64,000 bases of DNA from Octopus sinensis (Eukaryota). The DNA lies in assembly GCF_006345805.1 (NCBI RefSeq), contig NC_043020.1, positions 19,096,001 to 19,160,000 on the forward strand, in the 5' to 3' direction. Of the stretch, positions 48,268 to 60,960 are shown piece after piece. The notes beneath the pieces are model-generated. The model saw nothing but the letters and a program-made list of their open reading frames with translations. It did not search any database and was not told where the DNA came from. The translations under genes were made by a program, and so were the position numbers. How positions within the stretch are numbered: the stretch's first letter is position 1; each line of letters begins with the position of its first letter.

Positions 48268-49144
48268 AAGCATGGATGTTTAGCACAAACTTATGAAAAT
48301 GGTTTGGAGAGGCAAATGATTAAAAACAAGGAATGGTTTCAGTGTGCATGTGCATGCATGTAGGTGTATTTGTGTGTGTGGGTATGTATCTTTAAACATC
48401 ATGTAGTTCTCCATGCATGAGGAACCAGTAGCATATCAGGGAAATTCCAGAGTAGCGGGTGGGTCACTTGATCAACCTTAATATAAATTTTTGCACTCTG
48501 TCTTTCTTCTGAGTACTTCTGTTCTTTGTAAGAAGCATGATGGAAAACAACGGCTGTCAAGAGGCAGAGATCAGATGTCGAAGATGAAAAAGAGCAACTC
48601 ACACTTCCTCGTTCCTTGCCAACCCTCGTCTGTGATAAATGTACCCCTCCCCCTCCAGCTCTTCTATACTGCCCTTGACCTGAACAGCCACCTCAGACAC
48701 CAACACTTTTTGCAGCCATCAGGATGAAGAAGCTAAGTCACTCAGTACTGATTAACTACTCAGATATGAGTTAATGCTGACGATGGCGTATATATTAAAT
48801 GTATCTACCAAATCCACTCAAGGCTTTGGTCGGCAAAAGGCTATAGCACTAGACAGTTGCCCAAAGTGTCACCCAGTGGGACTGACACCAGAACCATATG
48901 GTTGGGAAGCAAGCTTCTTAACACACAGATACACCGGTGCATATATACATACATACATACATGTGTTTGTGTCTGTGTATTTTGGGCATGGAGAATTGTT
49001 AAGATATTAAGATGTTTTCTTATTTTTCTTAACATGAAACCAATGGTAGCCTTAATTTACAAATAGAGAAATTCTGTCTACCGATGTAGTGTTGAGCACT
49101 CATTTTCATCGTTTGACATTTATAAGTGTGTGTGTGTATATATG

Positions 49145-49176
<32 letters not shown>

Positions 49177-49407
49177 ATGAACAGTGAGACTGAACTTAAT
49201 TTAGTACGGTTCTAAAGTGTCCTTAGTCACACTACCATTCCAGCAGCTGTGTGTGTGTGTGTGTGTATATATATATGCATATTTGTCGTACAATTTTATT
49301 TTATAAGTTCATATTACTTTTCAAAATTGTTTACTTAAAGACACAAAATTTGGAAAAAAAAACCCCAAAACATTTACAATACCTGTATATTTTATCTTTG
49401 GTGCCTT

Positions 49408-49439
<32 letters not shown>

Positions 49440-49739
49440 ACTCTCTCTCTTTTAATACAAGACAGGCAGACTGTTATTTATAAAATGGTGTCTCTAAAAA
49501 TACATACCACTTGTTGAGTGGTGCTATACTGTTGCTTCTCCCAGACATTTCCCCCTCCCCTTCTCTCTTGTTTCCATTTGTGTGTGTGTGTGTGTGTGTG
49601 AAATCTCCTCCACATCCTTCCCTCTTTCTATTCCCTCCTCTCTCTCTCTGTCTCTCTTTTGCTTGTATATTTTTTACTTTCTTGACTCCTCTTTATAGCA
49701 GAGTAAAGTGTTTGATGGCTTTAGAATATACTTTAACGC

Positions 49740-50280
49740 ACTCACACACCCAACTACCACCACCTCCACTACTGTTACTCCTACTATTTCCATCATTACT
49801 TGTACTGTATCCTTTACTATCATTATTTCTACCATTACTACTATTACTACTAGTGGCACTACAACATTTACCACTGCTACCACCACCACCATTACTCTCA
49901 GTACTATGTCTGCACTACTACCACCACAACCACTGTCATAGCCTCTCACTACCACCACTGACAAAACTACCACCAGCGCCATCACCAACTACAACAACAA
50001 CACTACAATTTGATCCACAACCTCCACCACCACCACCTGCTACTTCCACATACAACATTGCATACCCCTTCCTTCTCCTCCCACCTTTACTCTTCTTCCA
50101 CCCACAAACAAGAGCTCCTTCCCCACCCCCACCTGTTGCCATGTCCTTCACTACAACCACCAACACTTCCATGACCATCACCACCCTACCATCACTACTT
50201 GTTGCCTCTCCGTTCCCATTCCTCTCCAACCCAAGCACTCTCTCTCTCTCACTCTTGACCATCACACTAGTGGTGAGTTA
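49740..50280. repeat. Cryptic (ACC/ACT/CCT)n low-complexity region
   Basis: Direct inspection; Pro/Thr/Val-rich ORFs are artefacts. Confidence 0.85.
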
Positions 50281-50489
50281 TAATTAAACTGACTAGTTAA
50301 GTGACACTATATATCAGCTGTAGCTGTGGTCAGTTCTGGTCAAGGCCATACACCCTATATACTGTACCAGCCACACACTTCTCTTGCTCTTTTCATCTTG
50401 GTGATTGCACAACCTGCCAGAAATAGCAGCCGCTTTACCTCAGTTAAAACCATACTGTCCCCCCCCCCCCCCGCTTCCCTTGAATTCCA

Positions 50490-50642
50490 CTATGGGTGTA
50501 TAGTTAAGAAGTTTGCTTCCCAACCACATGGTTTCAGGTTCAGTCCCAATGCGTGGCACCTTGAGCATGTCTTCTACCATAGCTTTAGACCGGCCAAAGC
50601 ATTGTGAGTGGATTTGGTATTTGGAAACTTGAAGAATCTTGT

Positions 50643-50645
<3 letters not shown>
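50490..50645 (+). mobile_element. SINE family A 5' half
   Basis: aagaagtttgcttcccaaccacatggtttcaggttcagtccc...gagtggatttggta. Confidence 0.8.
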
Positions 50646-50686
<41 letters not shown>

Positions 50687-50769
50687 AGTATATATGTGTG
50701 TATGTGTATGTATATATTATATATATATATATTGTATCCATATGTATATATTTATGTATACATAGTGCC

Positions 50770-50970
50770 GCTGGACTGGTTCCTGTGCAGGTGGCACTTA
50801 AAAGCACCCACTACATTCTCGGAGTGGTTGGCATTAGGAAGGGCATCCAGCTGTAGAAACTCTGCCAGATCAGATTGGAGCCTGGTGCAGCCATCTGATT
50901 TGTCAGTCCTCGGTCAAATCGTCCAACCCCTGCTAGCATCGGAAGTAGACATTAAACGATGATGATATAT
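50770..50970 (+). mobile_element. Repeat family B copy
   Basis: aaaagcacccactacattctcggagtggttggcattaggaagggcatccagctgtagaaactctgcc...ttaaacgatgatgat. Confidence 0.88.
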
Positions 50971-50983
50971 ATACATGTGTATA

Positions 50984-51362
50984 TACTCTTTTTACTTGTT
51001 TCAGTCATTTGACTGTGGCCATGCTGGAGCACTGCCTTTAGTCAAGCAAATCAACCCCAGGACTTATTCATTGTAAGCCTTAGTACTTATTCTATCGGTC
51101 TCTTTTACCGATCCACTAAGTTACAGGGACGTAAACACACCAGCATTGGTTGTCAAGCGATGTTGGGGAGGGGGCAAATACAGACACACATATATATATA
51201 TATATACGACAGGCTTCTTTCAGTTTCCGTTTACTAAATCCACTCACAAGGCTTTGGTCGGCCCGAGACTATATTAGAAGACACTTGCCCAAGGTGCCAC
51301 GCAGTGGGACTGAACCCGGAACCATGTTTCGTAAGCAAGCTACTTACCACACAGCCACTCCT
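50984..51362 (-). mobile_element. SINE family A, near full length
   Basis: ctctttttacttgtttcagtcatttgactgtggccatgctggagc ... cttaccacacagccactcc. Confidence 0.9.
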
Positions 51363-51365
51363 ACT

Positions 51366-51434
<69 letters not shown>

Positions 51435-51435
<1 letters not shown>

Positions 51436-51595
51436 CTGGAAGTTAATTGAAATGTATAAAAAAACAAAAAACGAAGACAAGTATATAAATAACAAGCAAG
51501 TGTATTATTTATGCTTGAAAAATTGAAAAAGTCCTACGCTCTTCAACAAAAAGGGATAAGAGAAAATAAACAGAGAGAGAATGAAAAAACTTGTA
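51435..51595 (-). mobile_element. Hammerhead-like family 2 copy with the ribozyme 3' half deleted
   Basis: Minus TTGTTGAAGAGCGTAG then GACTTTTTC, i.e. loss of about 15 nt (GCTCGAAACGTAAAA) relative to 45617-45654. Confidence 0.7.
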
Positions 51596-51704
51596 GATTT
51601 TCTGTGGTCCAACATTTATATGGCCAGTTATAGAGTAACCAGTGGTTTCTTAACCATAAAGTACTTAGCCTCATAGATGGCTTATCAGAGGATTTCCGTG
51701 ATGT

Positions 51705-51940
51705 ATCATCATTGTTTACCATCTGTTTTCCATGCTGGCATGGATTGGATGGTTTGACTGCAGCTGGCTAGCTGGAGACCTGTCCAGACTCTAGTTGTCT
51801 CTTATAGCATGGTTTCTATGACCTGATGCTGTTCCTAAGGCCAACCACTTTACAGAATGTGCCGGGTGCTTTCTATGTGCTACCAGCACGTGTGTGTTTA
51901 TGCAACACAAGAGCATTTTTTGTGGCAGTGGCACCTGTAA
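51705..51940 (-). mobile_element. Repeat family B copy
   Basis: catcattgtttaccatctgttttccatgctggcatggattgg...cctaaggccaaccactttacag...gggtgct. Confidence 0.78.
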
Positions 51941-51989
51941 AGGACAAGCCTGTTTGTATGGATAATAGCGATGTTTAAATGACTGAAAT

Positions 51990-52140
51990 CACATTCCCTG
52001 CAAACAGGACACCCTGCGAAAGTGGACTGGAACAACATGAAATGTTTTGCTCAAGAACACAACATACCACCCAGCGCAGGAATTGAAACCATGATCCTGC
52101 AGTTCTAAGTGCAACACCCTAACCACTAGGCCACACACCT
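51990..52140 (-). mobile_element. V/Meta-type SINE 5' part
   Basis: ctggaacaacatgaaatgttttgctcaag...ggaattgaaacc...caccctaaccactaggcca. Confidence 0.7.
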
Positions 52141-52204
52141 TCACTTGCTTAATCGGACACAGGCATAACGAACTAGCGCCCTGTCACAGATAGTCGAATA
52201 CCTA

Positions 52205-52410
52205 ATAATGGTTTCAACTTTTTGGTACAGGCCAGCAATATTTGGAGAGGGGTAAGTCAATTACACTGACCCCAGTAGTTAACTGGTGCTTATTTTATTG
52301 ACTACAAAAGAATGAAAGCAGAGTCAACCTTGGTGGAATTTGATCTTAGAAGACAGGCGAAATGCTTCTAAGCAATTTTCCCAGCATGCTAACGGTTCTG
52401 CCAGCATACC
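52205..52410 (-). mobile_element. SINE family C copy
   Basis: ggccagcaat...actggtgcttattttattgac...gagtcaaccttggtggaatttg...gctaacggttctgccagc. Confidence 0.78.
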
Positions 52411-53199
52411 TAATAATGAGAAATATTCCTGGTACAGATAACAAACTGCAAACTTCCTCCTACTGATTTTATAAATCATTTGGAATGTCTTTGATCAAGA
52501 GGAATATTACAGCCTTGGGTCAACCAGTGCCTTGGTAAACAGAGACTGTAGAGAACTTTGGTTGCAGGTGTGTGTGTGTGAAAGAGATTGCATGCATGTA
52601 GCCTCTTTTTTGTTTGTTTGTCTCTCACTGCTTGACAGTGAGTGTTGGTTTATGTCCCCACAACTCAACGCAAAGATACACCATCACCTATATTGCTACC
52701 TCTTGATCAAAGGAGGAAACTCCAGTGTGGTTGCTTCTTTTGCTAGAAATAGCAGCCAAGTGTCCCTTGTATCGCTCCCTATCGTCTAAAATGAAGAAAC
52801 GAAATATTCAGATTTGGTCTCGTCAGCTGGGAGTTGATCAGAGCTAAACATCATCATCATCATCATCATTATCACCATCTTCATTTCGGCACTACCACCA
52901 CCATCGCCACTGCAGCCACCACTTCCACCATCACTGTTACTGCTGCCGCCTCTGTGAAAAGACATTTCTGCTAAGTAAATGTTCTACAAATTCTGTATGT
53001 GGTGTGATAAGCACCAATACGGAAATTGAGATGTGAGAGTTTGACAAAAAAATACTACAACGTTTTGTGGTAGTGAATACACACACACACACATATATAT
53101 ATACACACGCATATATGTGATGGACTCTCCTGTCGGTTTTGACGTAGGAGTATCCAACAACCTACTCATTCTTTGTCAGATAGTACTTATATATATGTG

Positions 53200-53245
<46 letters not shown>

Positions 53246-53334
53246 AATATATGCATATATATACATATATATTATACATACATGTATTTGTGTATGTATG
53301 TATATATATATAATATATACATACATATAATGTA

Positions 53335-53369
53335 TACACACACATAGTTGTGTGTGATTATATATCTAT

Positions 53370-53409
<40 letters not shown>

Positions 53410-53641
53410 TACATATATATATATATGTATACACACACATAGTTGTGTGTGATTATATATCTATCTATAAATATATATATATATATATATATATGTATAC
53501 ATACATATATATATGTATACACACACATAGTTGTGTGTGATATATATCTATCTATAAATATATATATATATATATATATATGCATACATACATATATATA
53601 TTGTATACACACACATAGTTGTGTGTGATTATATATCTATC

Positions 53642-53681
<40 letters not shown>

Positions 53682-53738
53682 TACATACATATAGTATACA
53701 CAACATAGTTGTGTGTGATTATTATAATCTATCTATAA

Positions 53739-53760
<22 letters not shown>
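53335..53760 (+). repeat. Minisatellite, 5 copies of ~90-bp unit tatacacacacatagttgtgtgtgattatatatctatctataa(AT)n gcatacatac
   Basis: Core catagttgtgtgtga recurs five times at roughly 90-bp spacing. Confidence 0.92.
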
Positions 53761-53769
<9 letters not shown>

Positions 53770-53909
53770 TATATATGTGTGTGTGTATGTGCGTGTCTAT
53801 ATATATAGATATACACATCGGAGCTGGATCAAACTATTTTAAATAATAATAATAATAATAACACACATAGGTAGATATAAAGGCATCTATATTAACAAAC
53901 ATATTTGTA

Positions 53910-53966
<57 letters not shown>

Positions 53967-54625
53967 CAGACATACAGACATACATACATACATACATACG
54001 TACACACATTACAGAGACAAACTCACACACATGCACTATTTACTTACACCTTATATATGTATATGTTAATCCTATAAATTCGCTGTTTACTCAGAAGTGT
54101 TCCCCCAGCCCCTTCTGGCAAAGTATATATCCCTATATCCTTGACATGTCACACACAAGCTCTTCATATAAACGCCATCCCTTACTTAATATGATTCTGT
54201 AGTCTTGCTTTTAGTGGATTTGATCAGGAGGTGAGAGTGGTGGTGGGATTTATATCATTACTTGTAGTGGTGGTGGTGGTGGTTATAATGTTTTGTTATT
54301 TTTAGCCCCAAGTCAGCTGTGATCAAGTAAAACTTTTGGTCAAACACAGTCCATCTGTGACCATCCCATCTTTTCTTAGGGTGTCTGACAAATATGTTTG
54401 CTAATAATGGGCTGTTTTCATATTTTTTTTCCTTTTAGGCAGTTTTTAGTTGTTGTGCTATTGTTGTTGTTTTAGCCCTAAGGAAATTTTTGATTGGTCA
54501 AACAGTACTCTTCTTGATCAACACTATTTCAGTATTTTAGTTATTATAACCATCCTGTTGTGTGTGTGTGTGTGTGTCTGTCTGTATAAGGTGTATATAT
54601 GATGTGTTGTGAACATACATATAAT

Positions 54626-55015
54626 ATAAGAGATCTTTTCTGAGTATCCACTTCTGCTAAGAGCCTCATAGTAGTAGCCTGCTATGTTCTCAAAAATTTG
54701 CTTGTTTGCGGATAGTGGAGGCAGGCCATAAAGAGATGACTGCATTCTCACTGAAAAGACGGAAACAATCCATCCCAAATGGAACGGAAAACCTTTAGAA
54801 AATGATTAAAGAAATACAACCTCTCCCTCACCTTTGAAACTAACAATAAAATCTTCAACTTTTTAGACCTAGCCCTAGATATCCCATCTGGTTGTTACCA
54901 CAAGCCAAGCAAAATCTTACATTATGTCCACTAAAGCTTTAATCACCCTAGATCAATCATAAGTCAAATAGTCAAGAATATGCCTATTAGAGTATCTACA
55001 CTATCCGCAAACAAG
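54626..55015. mobile_element. Penelope-like reverse-transcriptase remnant, split into inverted halves
   Basis: Plus 54718-55015: AG(LY)RDDCIL...KKYNLSLTFETNNKIFNFLDLALD...YHKP...NHPRSII...RVSTLSANK; minus 54717-54626: LSANKQIFENIAGYYYEALSRSGYSEKISY. Confidence 0.8.
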
Positions 55016-55033
55016 TGTGTGTGTGTGTGTGTA

Positions 55034-55080
<47 letters not shown>

Positions 55081-55764
55081 CACACATATGTATATCTGAG
55101 GAAATTGAAAAAATCCAGTTGTGCTTGATCACATTCCAACCTATGAAGAACTGCACACATTGTGACAATAGTCCAATTTTTGAGTACTTTAGGTATTTTA
55201 TGTATTGCCCCAGAAACTTTTTCTTTGAGAGTTTTTTTGAAGTTTGTTTAGTTTATCAAAATCTCACCCTTTCACCCTTTTTTTATTTTTTTTCACCTTC
55301 TCTTGTTTTGTTCTTAATTAGTTTTTCTTCACAACCATCGTCGTGCAAACTGCTCCTCGTGAATGCAGGTTGGTGAGACGGTTGTGATCTGTAAACAGTT
55401 TTGAATGGGAACCGGAAAGAGAAGTATGAACATGCAACGTGCATGTGCACATTGAATTCGTAAGACAGAGGAGAAGAATAAAAATGCAATGCACATGTCA
55501 AAACAAAAAAAAGAAAAGAATAGAACATGTAATACGATGGTCTGCATACCATGTCTGACACTACAATCATGCAGATTTGCTGCAATTTTCATCTTTAATT
55601 TCTCTTGATATAACTTCCCTGATTTATTCAATTACAATGTTTCATCCTCCTTCTCTAACTTCCTAACCTCTCCTACTAATTGGATTACCCTGTCATCTGT
55701 CTTTCTATACTATACCAAAAACCAGTAAGGGAATAGTGTGTGTGTTCATGTAACCCACTAGAAT

Positions 55765-55977
55765 TTAAACAGGCCATACCTGGCCCAAATATTGTACTTA
55801 TTTTATGTTCAAACCAGCCAGATTCAGCTTCTTGCACTTGCCCAACAATGTCATTCTAAAAATAAGCAATCACAGCATTGAAATTTGAAAACTGTGAGAT
55901 AATGCATGATAAATTCAAAAGAATGAGAATTAATAAGCATCACATTTGACAAAGTAATCTGAATACCAAAGAGTTAA
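55765..55977 (-). mobile_element. piggyBac-like MITE copy, degraded
   Basis: atttaaacaggccatacctggcccaaatatt...aatgtcattctaaaaata...ctgaataccaaagagttaa. Confidence 0.65.
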
Positions 55978-56359
55978 TGCATGCTTTCCACACAATCATG
56001 GGTCCAGATTGAGATTATTTGAAGCAGGATTCTATGGCCAGATGCTCTTCTTCACACCAGTTGTGTGTGTGTGTGTGTGTGTGTGTGTGCTTGCTGAAGT
56101 TGTAGAAAGGGGGCAGTGCCCTTGACCTTTGCCAACCCTCCATGTTTGATGTCATTAAATATTCTGTTGGAAACACATGGGCAGGGGGATAATCTTAGGG
56201 AGATGATGTAATAGGGGAAGAAGGATGGAGAACAGTGGTTACTGCATGATTGAGCGGGTAGTAAGTAACAAGGATGTTGAGAGATAGAAAGATACAAGTG
56301 GAAATGGGACGTGTGAGTTGAGGGCAAGGGTGTTCAACAATCTCCAAAAGACAATTGTG

Positions 56360-56560
56360 GCAAGCTCACAGAATTGTTAGCATACAGGGGCAAAATGCTT
56401 AGTGGCATTTCGTCTATCTTCAGAGTTCAAATTCTGCTGAGGTCGACTTTGTCTTTCATTCTTTCAGAGTCAATGAAACAAACACCAATCAAGCACTGGT
56501 GTCAATCTAATCGACTTACCCCTCCCCCAAAATTGCTGGCTTTGTGTCAAAATTTGAAAC
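56360..56560 (+). mobile_element. SINE family C copy
   Basis: gcagaattgttagc...gagttcaaattctgctgaggtcgactttgtctttcatt...gctggctttgtgtcaaaatttgaa. Confidence 0.8.
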
Positions 56561-56589
56561 TGTTATAGTAATGGCAAAAAAGACAGTGG

Positions 56590-56699
56590 GTGCAGTACAC
56601 TTGTGGACCAAAAGCAACCAATTTATTGCAGGTAAATTTTAACTACAAAATCTTATACAGACTTCTAATGGTCATATGGACCCCTGTTGAGAACCACTG
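56590..56699. mobile_element. hAT MITE end fragment (4328 family)
   Basis: ggtcatatggacccctgttgagaaccactg terminus. Confidence 0.6.
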
Positions 56700-57499
56700 A
56701 TGTAGAATGTGCTGTTTTGTGGTTTAGTGTGGTGTATTGAGGGAAGACTTGAGGGCCCAAGCAGGTCTGGTATAAACCCATAACATATATGAAAAATTAT
56801 TTTTCTTTGGACTAGTGTTGTTTGTGTTGTGTTAGCAGAATCATTAGAGTATCAGATAAAAATACCTTGTGATGTTTGTTTCAGCCCTTAATCCGAACCC
56901 CACCAGGAGCCACTTTACTTTCATTGTATCCGGGGTCAATAAAATGTGCTAGTTCAGTAGGGTGGATCGTTAGAGGATAGATGTGAAAACAAGTACTGGG
57001 GTCGATGAAATCAACCAGCCCCTCCCTCAAAATTTCAGGCCTTCTACCTACCTTCATAGAGGAGAAAGAATTATCATTTAGGCCCCAGGTCAGCAATGAT
57101 TGAGAGCCCCTGCCTTTCATTTGAACACTCTGTCTTGGCCTGTATTATGCAATGTGCCCTGCACTTTTTTTTTTTCATTTCAGAGACAGTAAAAGTTGGG
57201 GTGTGATTTGAGAGGGAGGGCAATTTGCCTGTTATTTCTACCATGTCAGGCTATTACATAGTAACTCTCAGTGGCTTATATAACTAAGTGGTGGTGATGG
57301 CAGTGGTTGTGGTGACAGTGGTGGCTATTATTCTGTTTATTGATAGTGATCCAAGGAATAGTAATAGTAGTAGTAGTGGCAGTGGTGGTGGTGGTTGTGA
57401 CGGTGGTGTCAAAGTGTAGTGGTTGTTGTCATGGAACAATTCTGCAGCAAGACAAATAAACAAGGCTACATTCCATTCATAGTTATCTTGTTTGTTATG

Positions 57500-59260
57500 T
57501 ATCTCTCATCCATTCAGCATCACATCTCTCCCTCTCCTCCTCTCTACCTCCTCCCGCTCTTTCTCTTGCCCTGCCTCCTCCTCCTCCTCCCCATCACAAC
57601 ATAACAACAACACCCACACACATCACTCTGGTGTTCCCTTTTTTCCCCTTTCTCATTCTTCTTTCATCTCTCTCTCTCTCTCTCTCTCTCAATTAAATCT
57701 TCTCTCCTCCCCCTCTCTCCTTCTTTCTCTTGCTCTCTCTCTCTCTCTCTCTTGTCAATCTCTTTCCACCCTCTCATCCTGACATCTACACACACACATA
57801 CCCACACACACACTTTTTTGCTCTCCCTTCATATCATTGTTCCCCCTTTCTTCCCTCCCACTCCCTTTCCCTTTCATTTGTTCCATTGCTCTCTCTCTCT
57901 CTCTCTTCCTCTCTCCCTCTCCCACTTTCTCCTTCCCCCTTCATCCATCTCCATCTTACTAGTCCCAAGTTCTCTCTTAATGGCACCCCTGCCCCCCCCC
58001 TTCCTTCTCATTGTCTATTTTGTTCATTCCCTCTTTCATTCTTCATCTCTCTCTCTCTCTCTCTCTACTACGCAACCCCTCCTCATCCTCCCACCCAGAT
58101 TACAATCATTCATTTATTCATTCATGTCCCACCACCTCCTCCCCTTTCTCCCTCTCCCTGCCACTCTCGCACACCTTCCTTCTCCTTCATTTTTTCTTTT
58201 CTCTCTCCTCTCATTCTATAAATACATCTTCACCAACACTCAACCACCACTACCACCAACACAGCCACCACAACCACAAGCATCACAGCCACCACCAGAA
58301 CCACTACAACTACAGCTGTCACCCCTATAACCACCACACTCACCACTACAATGGCTATAGGCTACACCGGCACCACCACCACCACATCCTTCCCTAATCT
58401 TTCCTTACTACTTTATTCAATTCATTCACCAGTTTCTCCAAGATCCTTCCCCCACCCCACCACCCCATCCCTGGCATGCACACGCACGCACACACGCACA
58501 CACACACACATGCATACATGCACGTGCTTTGTGCCAACATCACCATCACTGCCACCTCCATGAGACAAAATAAGAAGCCCCTATGCAGTCACTTGGCTTG
58601 CTGGAAACAGCAGCAAAAGCATGCTCAGATCACACTTCCACTGCCTTGGATAAAAAAAAAAAAGGGGCAGAACAAAACCAAAAAACATGCTGGATAATAT
58701 TCTGGGTTCCCTGCACATTGAAATTTAGATGGGATGGTCACGACTGGGACATTTTTGCTTATAGATATGCTCTGTCAAAGTTGACCAAGGGTTAATTGAC
58801 AACAACTGTATAATCACCACTATACTACTGTAACCCATACATTCATTACTACTACCTTCTCATCACCTATGCGATTACCACTACCACTACTGTAGCCAAT
58901 ACTGTTATATCTACTGTTCAACATGTTAGAAATAGCAGCTAAACCATATCTCACTGTCTTGAATAAAAGACGTTTTGGATAGCTTGGTTGTTGTCCAGGA
59001 CACCCTGTACAACTACCACTGCTATGACTACTACCACTGTCACTAATATCACCACCACCACAACCACCATCACTACCACACTACCAACACAGTTATGACC
59101 ACTACCACCACCACCACCAACATCAATACCACTGCTACCATCACTACTACCACAGCTACCACCATCACTATAACCACTGCTACCACCCCCCATACCATTT
59201 CACCATCACCACCACCATCACTACCACAACCACCACCATAGCTAGCATCACCACCACCAG
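57500..59260. repeat. Long pyrimidine-rich and (ACC)n/(ACT)n low-complexity region
   Basis: Direct inspection. Confidence 0.85.
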
Positions 59261-60421
59261 CTTTATCTAACTACTATGATTACCTTCACCATCATTCTGT
59301 CCTACCCATAACTCTATCAACCCCTGCCAAGCTGAGAATGGAATCCCCCAGTTATTTGATAGGGAACACTTCAAAGGCAACAACAACAACAGCAACAACA
59401 ACAAGCCTTCAGTGGAAATGCACAATGAGATGGATCCAAAGAAATGGGAAAGAAAACGAAATTTGCTGTTGTGTGCGTGTGTATGCGTGTTTGTGTGTAC
59501 CTGTGTGTGCACACATGTGTACGTGTGTGTGTGTGTGTGTGTGTGCTTATGTGTGTCAGGGAAGAGCTGTAACTTCCTCCTCTTCTCCCATACATACTAA
59601 CATTTGAAGATGATGATGATGGTGAAAGTTTTAGCCGTATGTATGGCACCGTTTTGGCAGTGGTTGTAGTGAGGAAAACAATGAGATTGGTGGTGTTGGT
59701 GATAGTAGTGGTAGAGGTAGTAGTGGAAGGAATAACGATGATGATGATGATGATGACAACAACAACAGCTGTAGAGGTGATGGTAGTGATCCTTCAAATT
59801 AACCCCTTATCGTACAGACTTATAATCAAAGATATCTCAAATATGACCCTTTTGTAGATTTAAAGGTATGGTGCAGCAGCAACAGCAGTAGTACCACTAC
59901 TTTATTCACTGAGTCTTTTCTAGGTTTAAAACAGTTTTGTGTGATTTGTGGAGTGAGATTTTGCTGTTATTTCCAGTCAGGTGAACGTCCACATAGAGGT
60001 TCCATTGATAGCGATGGTAGTGGTGGTGGTGGTGGTCCTAATAGGAACCCCTCTTCCTTTATTTCTATCTCTTCACCCTCTCACACTTTCACATTCCAGC
60101 TTATCATTACATAACTTCTCTTTAGTTTCTACTTCACCATTTTCTTCAGAACCCCGGCCTCTCTCTTTTCCCTTTCTCTCCTTTTTTTATGACTGCCTTT
60201 TTTTTTCTTCTCCCCTTTGATCTCTTTTAAGACCTTTCTAATTATGACCCTTACGACTCCCTTTCTGATGTTTGTCTTTCTTATCCATCAATCTTAAGGT
60301 TCCCCTATTTCCCTATGACAAACGTCATAAGCCCCCCCCCAACATACTCTGACTCGTCTGTCTCTCATTCTAATGATCTCTCTCTTTATTTTGACTTTCT
60401 TCTCACCAAGGTTCCTTTACA

Positions 60422-60960
60422 CCCTTCAACATTCAGATTACTCTGTCAAATGTAATTCTTACTTATGCACCATCTTTCGAATCAATCATGCATTATCTCA
60501 TAGCTTCAAGATGTCTTTATTTTTTTTTTTTACTTGTTTCAGTCATTTGACTGTGGCCATGCTGGAACACCACCTTTAGTCGAGCAAATCGACTCCAGGA
60601 CTTATTCTTTGTAAGCCTAGTACTTATTCTATTGGACACTTTTGCATTGGTTGTCAAGCGATGTTGGGGGGATAAACACAGACACACCAACATATACACA
60701 CACATACATATATATATATATATACACATGATGGGCTTCTTTCAGTTTCCGTCTACCAAATCCACTCACAAGGCTTTGGTTGGCCTGAGGCTATAGTAGA
60801 AGACACTTGCCCAAGGTGCCATGCAGTGGGACTGAACCCAGAACTGTGTCTATTGTTTATTTTGAGAATGACATTGTAGCATCGGTGTGAGAGGCTGGAT
60901 CTGGCCAGTTTGGACATTGGACAGGGAGGATAATTTGACTGGGTATGACTAGTTTAAATG
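60422..60960 (+). mobile_element. piggyBac-like MITE interrupted by a SINE family A copy (60521-60843, minus)
   Basis: cccttcaacattcagattactctgtc...catagcttcaagat | SINE A | ttgtttattttgagaatgacattgtagc...gtttaaatgc. Confidence 0.7.

Noticed and set aside
49511-50287. 258-aa Pro/Leu/Thr-rich ORF, also ORFs at 171-645 and 57730-58397
   Set aside because: Low-complexity pyrimidine or trinucleotide sequence open in several frames; no splice or domain evidence.
53122-53155. GC-rich hairpin GGACTCTCCTGTC...GACGTAGGAGTATCC as a hammerhead stem II
   Set aside because: No CUGANGA upstream and no GAAA downstream.
53335-53760. CRISPR-like repeat-spacer array
   Set aside because: Spacers are (AT)n rather than unique sequence; eukaryotic context and no cas genes.
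55329-55387. CTGC-TCCTCGTGAAT-GCAG inside an 11-bp inverted repeat as an HDV-like L3
   Set aside because: Loop too long and no matching P1/P1.1; left as an unexplained small hairpin.
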